Shown here one piece after another: positions 1 to 5,974 of a stretch of DNA of 24,543 nt (positions within the stretch are counted from its first letter, which is position 1; every line of letters starts with the position of its first letter). The notes under the pieces were generated by a model, which was given only the letters and a program-made list of their open reading frames with translations, did not search any database and was not told the origin of the DNA. Position numbers and translations under genes: made by a program. The stretch comes from a virus. Location of the stretch: positions 1-24,543 of IMG/VR virus record IMGVR_UViG_3300031576_000981; one strand, 5' to 3'.

Positions 1-99
1 CCACCGCCGCGTACTCGCGGCGAGCGCGCCGTGCACTAGTCGGCGCGATGCGGTGCGGCAGTGGCGCGCTCACTTCGCGCCATCGGCTTGCCGCACCGG
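1..99. repeat. Exact terminal duplication (nt 1-99 = nt 24445-24543). The contig closes on itself, giving a unit genome of about 24,444 bp
   Basis: Compared base by base: both stretches read ccaccgccgcgtactcgcgg...catcggcttgccgcaccgg. This is the usual signature of a circular or terminally redundant viral assembly. It lies inside a tandem repeat, so the closure point and copy number are uncertain. Confidence 0.85.
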
Positions 100-147
100 G
101 GGTGTGGGGCGGACGTACCCGCCCCACGTGGCCGTACTCGGCCACGT
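1..147. repeat. Last full 123-bp unit of the tandem array (1-123), plus a degenerate partial unit that keeps one hairpin, ACGTGGCCG-TACT-CGGCCACGT (126-147)
   Basis: Same unit as 24322-24444. Perfect inverted repeats at 5-22, 25-47, 51-98 and 104-127. Confidence 0.85.
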
Positions 148-160
148 CGCGATATAAATG

Positions 161-185
161 AAAAGCCCCCTGGGTGAGAGGGGGC
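161..185 (-). terminator. Rho-independent terminator ending the leftward early operon
   Basis: On the - strand, GCCCCCT-N7-AGGGGGC is followed by TTTTCATTT, 34 nt downstream of the stop of CDS 219..506. Confidence 0.7.
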
Positions 186-218
186 GGGTGGTCGGTATGC
201 GGTTGTGGGGACGCGTGG

Positions 219-506
219 CTAATCCGGCAGGTTGGCTGCGACTAACTCAGCGAGATTTTCCACCCTGGCGATTTCGTCTTCGCTTACGCCCCACTGTCGT
301 AGGAGGTTGGCGGCTTCCTGTGCGCTGAGGGTGTAGACGGTGGTGCCTCGGCTCTCTTCTGCGCCGTTTGCGCCGCCGTTCTCGTCCTCGTACCTCCACA
401 CGCCGTTCTTCTGGCATGTCAGTCGCTCGGTCGTCCATTCGTGCTCGTGTTCCCAAATGGCCTTCCCCTTTACTTTTGTGATGGTGTCCCAGTTCATGCC
501 GCTCAT
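219..506 (-). CDS. Hypothetical early protein (95 aa)
   Basis: ORF-track 219..551 trimmed to the ATG at 506, which is preceded by GGAGGA-N4. No family recognised. Confidence 0.7.
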   Translation of the reverse strand: MSGMNWDTITKVKGKAIWEHEHEWTTERLTCQKNGVWRYEDENGGANGAEESRGTTVYTLSAQEAANLLRQWGVSEDEIARVENLAELVAANLPD

Positions 507-539
507 GGTGTCCTCCGTTGTGTGTGATGTGTGAAAGTG

Positions 540-575
540 AGTGTAGCACAATCCCGGTCCGAAAATGGCAAAAAG
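540..575 (-). promoter_or_regulatory. Candidate extended -10 promoter (TGcTACACT) for CDS 219..506
   Basis: The reverse complement of 540-548 reads TGCTACACT. A TTGCCA-like -35 lies 19 nt upstream, which is a non-ideal spacing. Sequence-only guess. Confidence 0.3.
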
Positions 576-646
576 TTGGTTAGAGTTTCATGTGTCCTCC
601 GGTTGCCCCGCGCCCGGCGGGGGCGCGGGCGCGGGGCGTGTGGCGG

Positions 647-1213
647 CTAGAAGTGGTGCGGGCAGCCGGGCACCTCGCATCCGTTGGCGGGCTGGCCGTG
701 CTCGCAGCGTGGTGCGTAGTCCTCGCGCTCGCCCTGCACGTCGCCGTACAGGGCGGCTTTGTCGGCGGCGCGGGCGTCCTTCGACTGCGCTGCGCTCTGC
801 TCAGTATGCGCGGGGGATGTGGCCGGGATCGGGGCGGGATCGATGCGCAGCACGCTCTTCTTGCGCCAGGTGTCGATGTGCACGCGGACGCGCTGGCCGA
901 CCAGGTCAAGCGCGGTGGTCGCGCCGGTCGCTGCCTTGAGCGCCTCTTTGTCGGCCTTCGAGCTAACCAGGTAGCCCTTTCCCACTTCGCCGCCGGTTTT
1001 CGCGGCGAAGTAGAGAACGAGCTTCCATTCCTTCTCGTCGTTCGGCTCGGGCTGGACTTCCTCCTCGGCCACTCGCGCGATGGTCGGCGTGATCTCGGTG
1101 GCCTTCCACGCAAGCAGGTCTGCGACTTTCAGAAAGCGCGACGGGAAATAGGAGTCAAGCGTGCGGTTCGGTGCGGGCGTGCGGGTGGCGGGCTTGCGGT
1201 CGTTGTTGTTCAT
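647..1213 (-). CDS. Hypothetical early protein (188 aa) with a C-terminal Cys/His cluster
   Basis: ORF-track 647..1312 trimmed to the ATG at 1213, which is preceded by GGAGGA-TACC. C-terminus reads CEHGQPANGCEVPGCPHH. No family recognised. Confidence 0.7.
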   Translation of the reverse strand: MNNNDRKPATRTPAPNRTLDSYFPSRFLKVADLLAWKATEITPTIARVAEEEVQPEPNDEKEWKLVLYFAAKTGGEVGKGYLVSSKADKEALKAATGATTALDLVGQRVRVHIDTWRKKSVLRIDPAPIPATSPAHTEQSAAQSKDARAADKAALYGDVQGEREDYAPRCEHGQPANGCEVPGCPHHF

Positions 1214-1224
1214 GGTATCCTCCA

Positions 1225-1596
1225 TTAGAGACTGTGCTTGTAGGCGACGACGTGGCCGCACAGGTGGCCGACGCCATTGACGAAGTGCGCCATGCCGTCC
1301 GGCGCACAGCACTCATTGCAGTCACAGTGAATTTCGACGAAACCCGGTCCGTAGTCCTTGCGGCGGAGCGTGGCCTCGGCCTCGGCGGTGCCGGGCAGCG
1401 TGACGTATGCGACGATGCGGACGTTGGTCGCGCCAGGTTCTGGCTCGTCCACGTGGCGGACGGCGGGGACGCTGGCCGCGATGCGCGCGGTGTAGCAGGC
1501 CTCGCGCCAGGCCGACATCGCGGCGGCGTAGGCGCGCTCGTCTGCGCGTGAGACCATCTCGTGCAGACGTGGTTGGGGGGGTAGAGAGAGTATCAT
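1225..1596 (-). CDS. Hypothetical early protein (123 aa), Cys/His-rich C-terminus
   Basis: Trimmed to the ATG at 1596, preceded by GGAGGA-CACC. ATGA overlap with the upstream gene. Motif HCDCNECC...HLCGH. Confidence 0.7.
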   Translation of the reverse strand: MILSLPPQPRLHEMVSRADERAYAAAMSAWREACYTARIAASVPAVRHVDEPEPGATNVRIVAYVTLPGTAEAEATLRRKDYGPGFVEIHCDCNECCAPDGMAHFVNGVGHLCGHVVAYKHSL

Positions 1597-1916
1597 GGTG
1601 TCCTCCGGGAGTAGGTGCGCCTGCGGGCCAATGCCGCCTCGCGGCACAGCGGGCACAGGCGCGGTGTGTTTTTCTGATTTTTCAGGCGGCGCTCAAACTG
1701 GCGGTCGGCGTCCGGCCACGTGCGGACCAGCGTCCAGCCGATACCGCGCTGTGTGATGACCTCCATCAGTCGCGCTCCGTTGCCGGAGTGGTGAGCGTCT
1801 ATGCGCTGGTTCAGGTCGTTGGTGTAGCCGAGATAGTGTCCGGCGACCAGTGGCGTCCCGCGCCGCGATGTGCCGCGCGGGATTGGGTTTTCAAAGTGGA
1901 TGAGATAGACACACAT
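1593..1916 (-). CDS. GIY-YIG-type nuclease domain protein (107 aa)
   Basis: VYLIHF...HYLGYT...NQRIDAHHSGNGARL matches the GIY / YIG / Arg layout of GIY-YIG modules. GGAGG lies 9 nt upstream of the ATG at 1916. Confidence 0.6.
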   Translation of the reverse strand: MCVYLIHFENPIPRGTSRRGTPLVAGHYLGYTNDLNQRIDAHHSGNGARLMEVITQRGIGWTLVRTWPDADRQFERRLKNQKNTPRLCPLCREAALARRRTYSRRTP

Positions 1917-1922
1917 GTTGGC

Positions 1923-2243
1923 CTACCTCCACGACTGGCCGGACGTGTGAAAGCGGATGATGATGAACCACCCGCCGGCGCAGTCACGGCGGACGGTTGC
2001 GGCCGGGCCGAGGCCGCGCGCCAGGCGCGCAGCCTGGCCCCACGCGGCGAACCACGCGCAGATGAAGCCGCGGTGGCGGCCTTCGCGCGAGTATTCTTTG
2101 ATGCCGACGTTGAACAGGGAATTTTGAATGATGCCGATGGTGTGTGACGGGGGCTGACCTGCGCCCCCCCCGCCCGACGGGGGCGGGGGGCTGGGGGGGT
2201 GGGGTTCCACTGCTTGGCCGGGACACTGCATACGACGAGTCAT
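1923..2243 (-). CDS. Hypothetical protein (start uncertain: ATG at 2243 or 2231)
   Basis: The C-terminal two-thirds has normal composition (IGIIQNSLFNVGIKEYSREGRHRGFICAWF...). The N-terminal part runs through a G/C homopolymer hairpin (about 2155-2200). Weak SD. Confidence 0.45.
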   Translation of the reverse strand: MTRRMQCPGQAVEPHPPSPPPPSGGGGAGQPPSHTIGIIQNSLFNVGIKEYSREGRHRGFICAWFAAWGQAARLARGLGPAATVRRDCAGGWFIIIRFHTSGQSWR

Positions 2244-2286
2244 GTTTGGCCTCTGACCGAAAAAACGCGAACTACGAAAACCGCGG

Positions 2287-2532
2287 CTATGCGAACAGGG
2301 GCAACTGCGCGGCCGCCTGGCCGGACCCGACCGCGCCGGTGAGGGGCTGACCGGCGGGGACGAAGCGCGCGCGGGGGTGCTGTGCGTGAACGCCACAGGC
2401 CGGACAACCGCACCAGACCACCGACGAAAACCCGGCGGGGATGGGCGAGCAGAACGCCACAAACGGCTGACCACAGGACGGACAGACGACGGCGGCGGCG
2501 AGAGGGTGGATGGGGGACACCGCGCGCCTCAC
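2287..2532 (-). CDS. Small zinc-ribbon protein (81 aa)
   Basis: CPSCG...CGCPACG (two CxxC pairs). Hand-counted GC3 is about 84%. GTG start in a GTGA overlap with the stop of the upstream frame. Confidence 0.55.
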   Translation of the reverse strand: MRRAVSPIHPLAAAVVCPSCGQPFVAFCSPIPAGFSSVVWCGCPACGVHAQHPRARFVPAGQPLTGAVGSGQAAAQLPLFA

Positions 2533-2790
2533 CACAGCCACACCACGACGACCGCGCCGCGCACCCACACCCAGCGGGCCGCGCCCCACGAGCAGAACGG
2601 GCACAGAGACCAGCGGGAGCAGAAGTGCGAGGCGGCGACGGCGGACCGGAAAACAAAGAGCAAGCGCAGACCGACGGCGGGGGAGAAGCGGAGGCGGCCA
2701 TGCAACGCGCCGGCGGCGCGCGCGAGGCGAGAAAGCCGACGAGCGGCGGGCGGGACGGGGACGGAAGCGGGAGCGAAAGGAGGAGCGGAC
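2529..2790 (-). CDS. Possible A-less ORF (87 aa, built only from F/L/S/C/W/P/R/V/A/G/H); coding strand unresolved
   Basis: GC3 is about 84% and the ORF has GTGA coupling to the next gene. However, all six frames are open here because the + strand lacks T, and the + frame from 2377 shares the same wobble positions. Confidence 0.3.
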
Positions 2791-2841
2791 ATGGCGTGAA
2801 CCCCAATGATTGAAAGAAGAACCGACGAACAGAGGCATGGT

Positions 2842-2915
2842 GGCACGGGTGGAGTGCCGACACAAGCGCACGAACGTGCCGAAAACAGGCACGAACGTGC
2901 CGAAAACCGGCACGA
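2842..2915. promoter_or_regulatory. Operator-like array: GGCAC-N7-GTGCC (2842-2858), GCACGAACGTGC (2868-2879), GGCACGAACGTGCC (2888-2901) and a half-site (2909-2915)
   Basis: Two perfect palindromes with centres exactly 21 bp apart, embedded in a 21-bp tandem direct repeat (2868-2888 / 2889-2909). Confidence 0.5.
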
Positions 2916-3199
2916 AAGAGCCACGAGAGCGCCGGCCCCCGACACCGCGACGCGCAGCCCCCCGGCCTGACGAGACTGGACTTTCCCCCCGGCCCCAGCC
3001 CCAGCCCCGCCCCCAAAAAAACCAACCCTTTAATGAAAACTCTTTTGAACTTGACCTTGAAGATTTTTTAGGGGATGTAGGGTAAGGGTATAAACCTTCT
3101 TTGCGTATGCCGGGTAAACCTTCGTTGCGCCACGACGCCTCACGGTCGTCGGCGCTTCACCGAAGGGACGTCAAAATTATTTCCTTTGATCTCTCTAAT

Positions 3200-3307
3200 C
3201 CGCGCGGCGCGCCAGACCCAAGCGGTACTCCGCTGGAGTCTGGCGCGCCGCGCGGTCGTTACCATGCCTCTGGCGCGACCCAAGCGGTACTCCGCTGGAG
3301 TCGCGCC
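3200..3307 (+). repeat. Twin long hairpins sharing an identical 26-nt apex (3215-3240 = 3277-3302)
   Basis: Hairpin 1 (3200-3255) has an 18-bp perfect outer stem. Hairpin 2 (3272-3307) has an 8-bp outer stem. Both cap AGCGG-TACT-CCGCT, and the outer stems differ in sequence but stay paired. Confidence 0.8.
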
Positions 3308-3325
3308 GGTTTGCTTTTGTTTCCT
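3272..3325 (+). terminator. Candidate + strand intrinsic terminator (hairpin 2 plus GGTTTGCTTTTGTTT)
   Basis: A GC-rich stem is followed directly by a T-rich run on the + strand only. Confidence 0.45.
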
Positions 3326-3493
3326 TCGTCGGAACGCTGTGACTTTGCGGCGGGCTGTGGCTACGGGCAGGCCCGCGGGGTCAGGATCAAGGCTCGGGAC
3401 GCCGATCGCTTTCCTTTAACGCTCCCCGGCTTGGGACGCCGAAGCCTGCACGTAGCCCCTTTCGGGTCGCTGGCTTCTTTCTGCCTGATCTGC

Positions 3494-3521
3494 TTGACAA
3501 CAAGTAAAAGTTGATTATGCT
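3494..3521 (+). promoter_or_regulatory. Sigma70-like promoter, TTGACA-N16-TATGCT
   Basis: Perfect -35 at 3494-3499 and a -10 at 3516-3521, followed by AAGGAG and the ATG at 3541. Confidence 0.55.
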
Positions 3522-3540
3522 AGAGGGAAAGGAGAGGCCT

Positions 3541-3834
3541 ATGCCAACTTTGATGCGGCGTTACGAAGAGTGGAAGCCGGTGGTGGTGGGCGAGCGCGAG
3601 GTGTTGACGATGAGTGAGGCGGCGCGGCGGATCGGGGTTTCGGGATCGGCGCTGCTGGCCTTGTGCCTGCACGGGCGGATGGCGTTGCTGCGGGATGCGC
3701 GCGAGCCGAACCCGCAGAAGCAGCAGCGGGTGTTGGTGAAGGAAGTCGAAGCGGAGATCGAGCGGCGGCGGAGCGAGGCGGGGCACGCCGATGGGCGCTT
3801 GAAGCGCAAGCGTGGGCGTCCGGCCGGGGGGTAG
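3541..3834 (+). CDS. Helix-turn-helix DNA-binding protein (Xis/MerR-type HTH), 97 aa
   Basis: Trimmed to the ATG at 3541 behind AAGGAG. LTMSEAARRIGVSGSALLAL is an HTH of the excisionase family type, and the tail is basic. Confidence 0.65.
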   Translation: MPTLMRRYEEWKPVVVGEREVLTMSEAARRIGVSGSALLALCLHGRMALLRDAREPNPQKQQRVLVKEVEAEIERRRSEAGHADGRLKRKRGRPAGG

Positions 3835-3843
3835 GTTTTTCTG

Positions 3844-3893
3844 AGGAACGAATGAGGAACGAATGCGGTAGGCCGGATGGACGCGGGACGCGG
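3844..3893 (+). promoter_or_regulatory. Tandem 11-mers AGGAACGAATG x2 (3844-3865), abutting a 29-bp element (3865-3893) that recurs inverted at 24185-24213
   Basis: Exact matches read from the sequence. The element ends 45 nt upstream of the -35 at 3939. Confidence 0.7.
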
Positions 3894-3937
3894 GCCGACA
3901 CGGTTAGGATCGGGTTTGGGCAGGGGGGATTTTCCTT

Positions 3938-3967
3938 CTTGACGTGCGTCAAGTTTGGGAGTAATCT
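3938..3967 (+). promoter_or_regulatory. Promoter TTGACG-N17-TAATCT, whose -35 lies inside the palindrome CTTGACG-TG-CGTCAAG
   Basis: The -10 ends 7 nt before the ATG at 3975, implying a leaderless or near-leaderless mRNA. The 7-bp-arm palindrome spans 3938-3953. Confidence 0.5.
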
Positions 3968-3974
3968 CTTGTAC

Positions 3975-4172
3975 ATGGAAGAGATCACAGTGGGGCAGGC
4001 GGCGGAGCGGGCGGAATGCAGTCGGCAGTACATCCACGAGCTGATCGGCGCGGGCGCGGATGGCCCATTTCCGAGCGCGCGCAAGCTCGACCCCGGCGTG
4101 AGCAACTCGCCCTACGTCATCCCCCTCAAAGAGTTTCAGACGTGGCAGAAGAAGCGCGCCCAACCGGCTTAG
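3975..4172 (+). CDS. Excisionase-like HTH protein (65 aa)
   Basis: ITVGQAAERAECSRQYIHELIGAG...YVIPLKEFQTWQKK fits the Xis/AlpA HTH_17 pattern. The gene is convergent with the integrase and flanks the attP candidate. Confidence 0.6.
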   Translation: MEEITVGQAAERAECSRQYIHELIGAGADGPFPSARKLDPGVSNSPYVIPLKEFQTWQKKRAQPA

Positions 4173-4277
4173 GTTGAGCGCGCTTGTCATGCCATTCGGC
4201 CTCAGCGGCCGATCGTGCTCGCGTCCCTGGCAGGCAGAGCGACGATCAGCACATTACAAACCGAACAGCACGACAGT

Positions 4278-4303
4278 TGCCCCAGGCAGGAATTGAACCC
4301 ACA
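4278..4303 (-). other. Candidate attP core: 3' end of a tRNA (T-loop plus acceptor arm), with no 5' half present
   Basis: The - strand reads tgtGGGTTCAATTCCTGCCTGGGGCA, i.e. GGTTCAATTCC T-loop, 7-nt acceptor and discriminator A. It lies 27 nt from the integrase stop. Confidence 0.45.
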
Positions 4304-4329
4304 TTAGAGCCTTAGGGGTTCATTGGGGG

Positions 4330-5184
4330 TCATCGGCCCATGAGCCGCGCCAGCGGCGAGTATTGGGTGAACGCCTTCATGCGCACGCCCCGTGAGTACA
4401 ACTCCACATAATCCAGCGACGACCAGCGTCCGGCCTCCTGCAGGAGGCGCGATGGCGCGCCGTATTCGATGGCGAGCGTGGCAAAGGTGCGGCGGAGCGA
4501 GTGGGGGCTGAAGTGGGGGATGCCGGCGCGGATCGCCAGGCGGCGGCAGAGGGTTTTCAGTCCGCCTCGGGTGAGGGGTTGGCCGCGCGTGAGTGACGAG
4601 CGCGCGAGCGAGACGAAGAGCGTGTCGGCGGCCGCCGCGGGCCGGACGGGGAGCCAGGCCGCGATGAGCGCCGCGGCGTAGGCGTCGAAGACGCCGAACT
4701 TCCACTGTCCCCCTTTGCACAAAACTTTCAGTTGGCCTTGTTCGAGATCGACGTCGGCCAGGCGTAGGCGGCAGAGCTCGGTGGCGCGCAGCCCGGCGCT
4801 GACGGCCAGGCCGACGAGGGCCAGGTCGCGCTTGCCGGTGACGGTGCTGCTGTCGAGGGTGGAGAGCAGGCGCATGAGCTCGTCGGCGGTGAGGGCGCGC
4901 TGTATGCGCTTCGGGTTTCTTGGGAGTTTCAGGTGCGTGACGGTGGCAGGCAGGTCCAGGAAGCGGTAGAGCTTGCGGAGCGCGCACACGGCGACGCCCA
5001 GGCCGGAGCTGCCGAGGCCTCCGGCTTTGCGTTCGGCCAGGTAGCGATCGAGGTCGGCGGGGTTGCTGTTGGCTCGTCCGCCCCAGGCGCTGAAGCGGCG
5101 CAGTTCGGTGAGGTAGGCTTCGACGGTGCGGGTGGAGTGGGTGAGGCTGAGACGATTGTGCAGCTGTTCGAGAGCGGCGTGCAT
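4330..5184 (-). CDS. int: Tyrosine recombinase / phage integrase (XerC/D-like, 284 aa)
   Basis: Trimmed to the ATG at 5184 behind AAGGAG. N-terminal SAM-like core-binding segment (TVEAYLTELRRF). Catalytic-region motifs GLRATEL, HSLRRTFAT and a C-terminal Y-containing tail. Confidence 0.85.
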   Translation of the reverse strand: MHAALEQLHNRLSLTHSTRTVEAYLTELRRFSAWGGRANSNPADLDRYLAERKAGGLGSSGLGVAVCALRKLYRFLDLPATVTHLKLPRNPKRIQRALTADELMRLLSTLDSSTVTGKRDLALVGLAVSAGLRATELCRLRLADVDLEQGQLKVLCKGGQWKFGVFDAYAAALIAAWLPVRPAAAADTLFVSLARSSLTRGQPLTRGGLKTLCRRLAIRAGIPHFSPHSLRRTFATLAIEYGAPSRLLQEAGRWSSLDYVELYSRGVRMKAFTQYSPLARLMGR

Positions 5185-5413
5185 GATCTTCTCCTTAGTG
5201 AGGAGAGTCCGCGCGTGGGTCGCGCGTGCTCGTGCAGTTTTGGAGTGGGCCGCCGTGTTTGCAGCACGGTGGCCCGGCGGAAAGGAAGTGCGAGGTTGGA
5301 GTCGGCTTGACCAGCCGGGCAGTAGAGAAGGAGAGTGGCCAGCCGTTCGGGGCGGGCCACTCTGAACCGGAGGACGCCGGTCGCTGCGTCCATTATAAGG
5401 CATGGAGGACGCG

Positions 5414-5971
5414 ATGAAAGATAGAGGATCGTTTGTGTCGGCGTTGGCCGATTTTTTGACGTGGCTGCTGGCGTTGGGGAGCGTCTCTGCGGCCTGGTGG
5501 CAGACGGCGCGGCTGTTCGGGCTGTTTGGGGACCCGAGCGCGCCGTGGTGGGCCTATCTGGCGGCGTCGAGCATCGAAGGGGCGATCGTGGTCTGCGGGC
5601 TGCTGCTGATGGAGGAGCGCGAGAGCCGCGTCGCGGCGGGCGCGTTCCTGGTGTTCGCAGTGAACGTGGCCGTGAGCGTGCTGGCGCAGATCGGCGAGGC
5701 GGCGATCACGGCCGGGTATGCAGCGCCCACGTGGATGAGTCTGGTCGTGCGGATGATCGCGCCGGCGATGGTGACGCTGGTCGGCGCGAGTCTGTGGGGG
5801 CTGAAGATCGCGCGGGCGCGGGCTTCGGCAGCGGATGGAGCGGATGGAGCGGATGAACGGAGGGGCAAGGCTTCGACGGCCGGCGCGGAGCCGCTGCTGC
5901 AAAGCGTCCCTTTGGGGGATGGGGCCGGGAACGGGCGCGTCCCAAAAGCGAAGGCGATGAAGGGAGAGTGA
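5414..5971 (+). CDS. Integral membrane protein (about 4 TM helices, 185 aa)
   Basis: ATG at 5414 behind GGAGGA-CGCG. Four hydrophobic spans. The C-terminus holds the 9-bp tandem GCGGATGGA x3 (5831-5857, encoding GADGADGAD). Confidence 0.7.
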   Translation: MKDRGSFVSALADFLTWLLALGSVSAAWWQTARLFGLFGDPSAPWWAYLAASSIEGAIVVCGLLLMEERESRVAAGAFLVFAVNVAVSVLAQIGEAAITAGYAAPTWMSLVVRMIAPAMVTLVGASLWGLKIARARASAADGADGADERRGKASTAGAEPLLQSVPLGDGAGNGRVPKAKAMKGE

Positions 5972-5974
5972 GTG

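Noticed and set aside
586-603. Strong SD followed by a 3-codon mini-ORF (GGAGGA-CAC-ATG AAA CTC TAA, - strand). A similar + strand AGGAGGA-N6-ATG GCG TGA lies at 2777-2795
   Set aside because: These could be start-stop regulatory elements. However, each is a single occurrence in a G-rich context, and the second lies in the six-frame-open T-less island, where it may simply be the end of a longer frame. The evidence is too weak to report as a finding.
2377-3085. + strand ORFs in the T-depleted island (2377..2799, 2382..2813, 2510..2809, 2810..3085) and an untracked 54-aa ORF, 2806..2970, with HERAENR heptad repeats
   Set aside because: They are open only because T is missing. The HERAENR repeat is just the translation of the 21-bp operator-like tandem. 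No promoter or consistent SD is evident. They are not excluded outright; strand ambiguity is discussed in the island finding.
3101-3514. Track ORFs 3101..3514 and 3186..3419 in the control region
   Set aside because: They run straight through the long perfect hairpins and the terminator-like T-run, they have no SD, and their translations are low-complexity. The region is better explained as non-coding.
4261-4330. A complete tRNA gene beside the integrase
   Set aside because: Only the T-loop and 3' acceptor segment is present. The required 5' acceptor strand (GCCCCAG), the D-arm and the anticodon arm are not found upstream. Treated as an attP core fragment instead.
5185-5403. N-terminal 73-aa extension of the integrase ORF (track 4330..5403)
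   Set aside because: The extension is Pro/Arg/Ser-rich with no SD. The internal ATG at 5184 has AAGGAG 7 nt upstream and begins exactly at the conserved core-binding domain.
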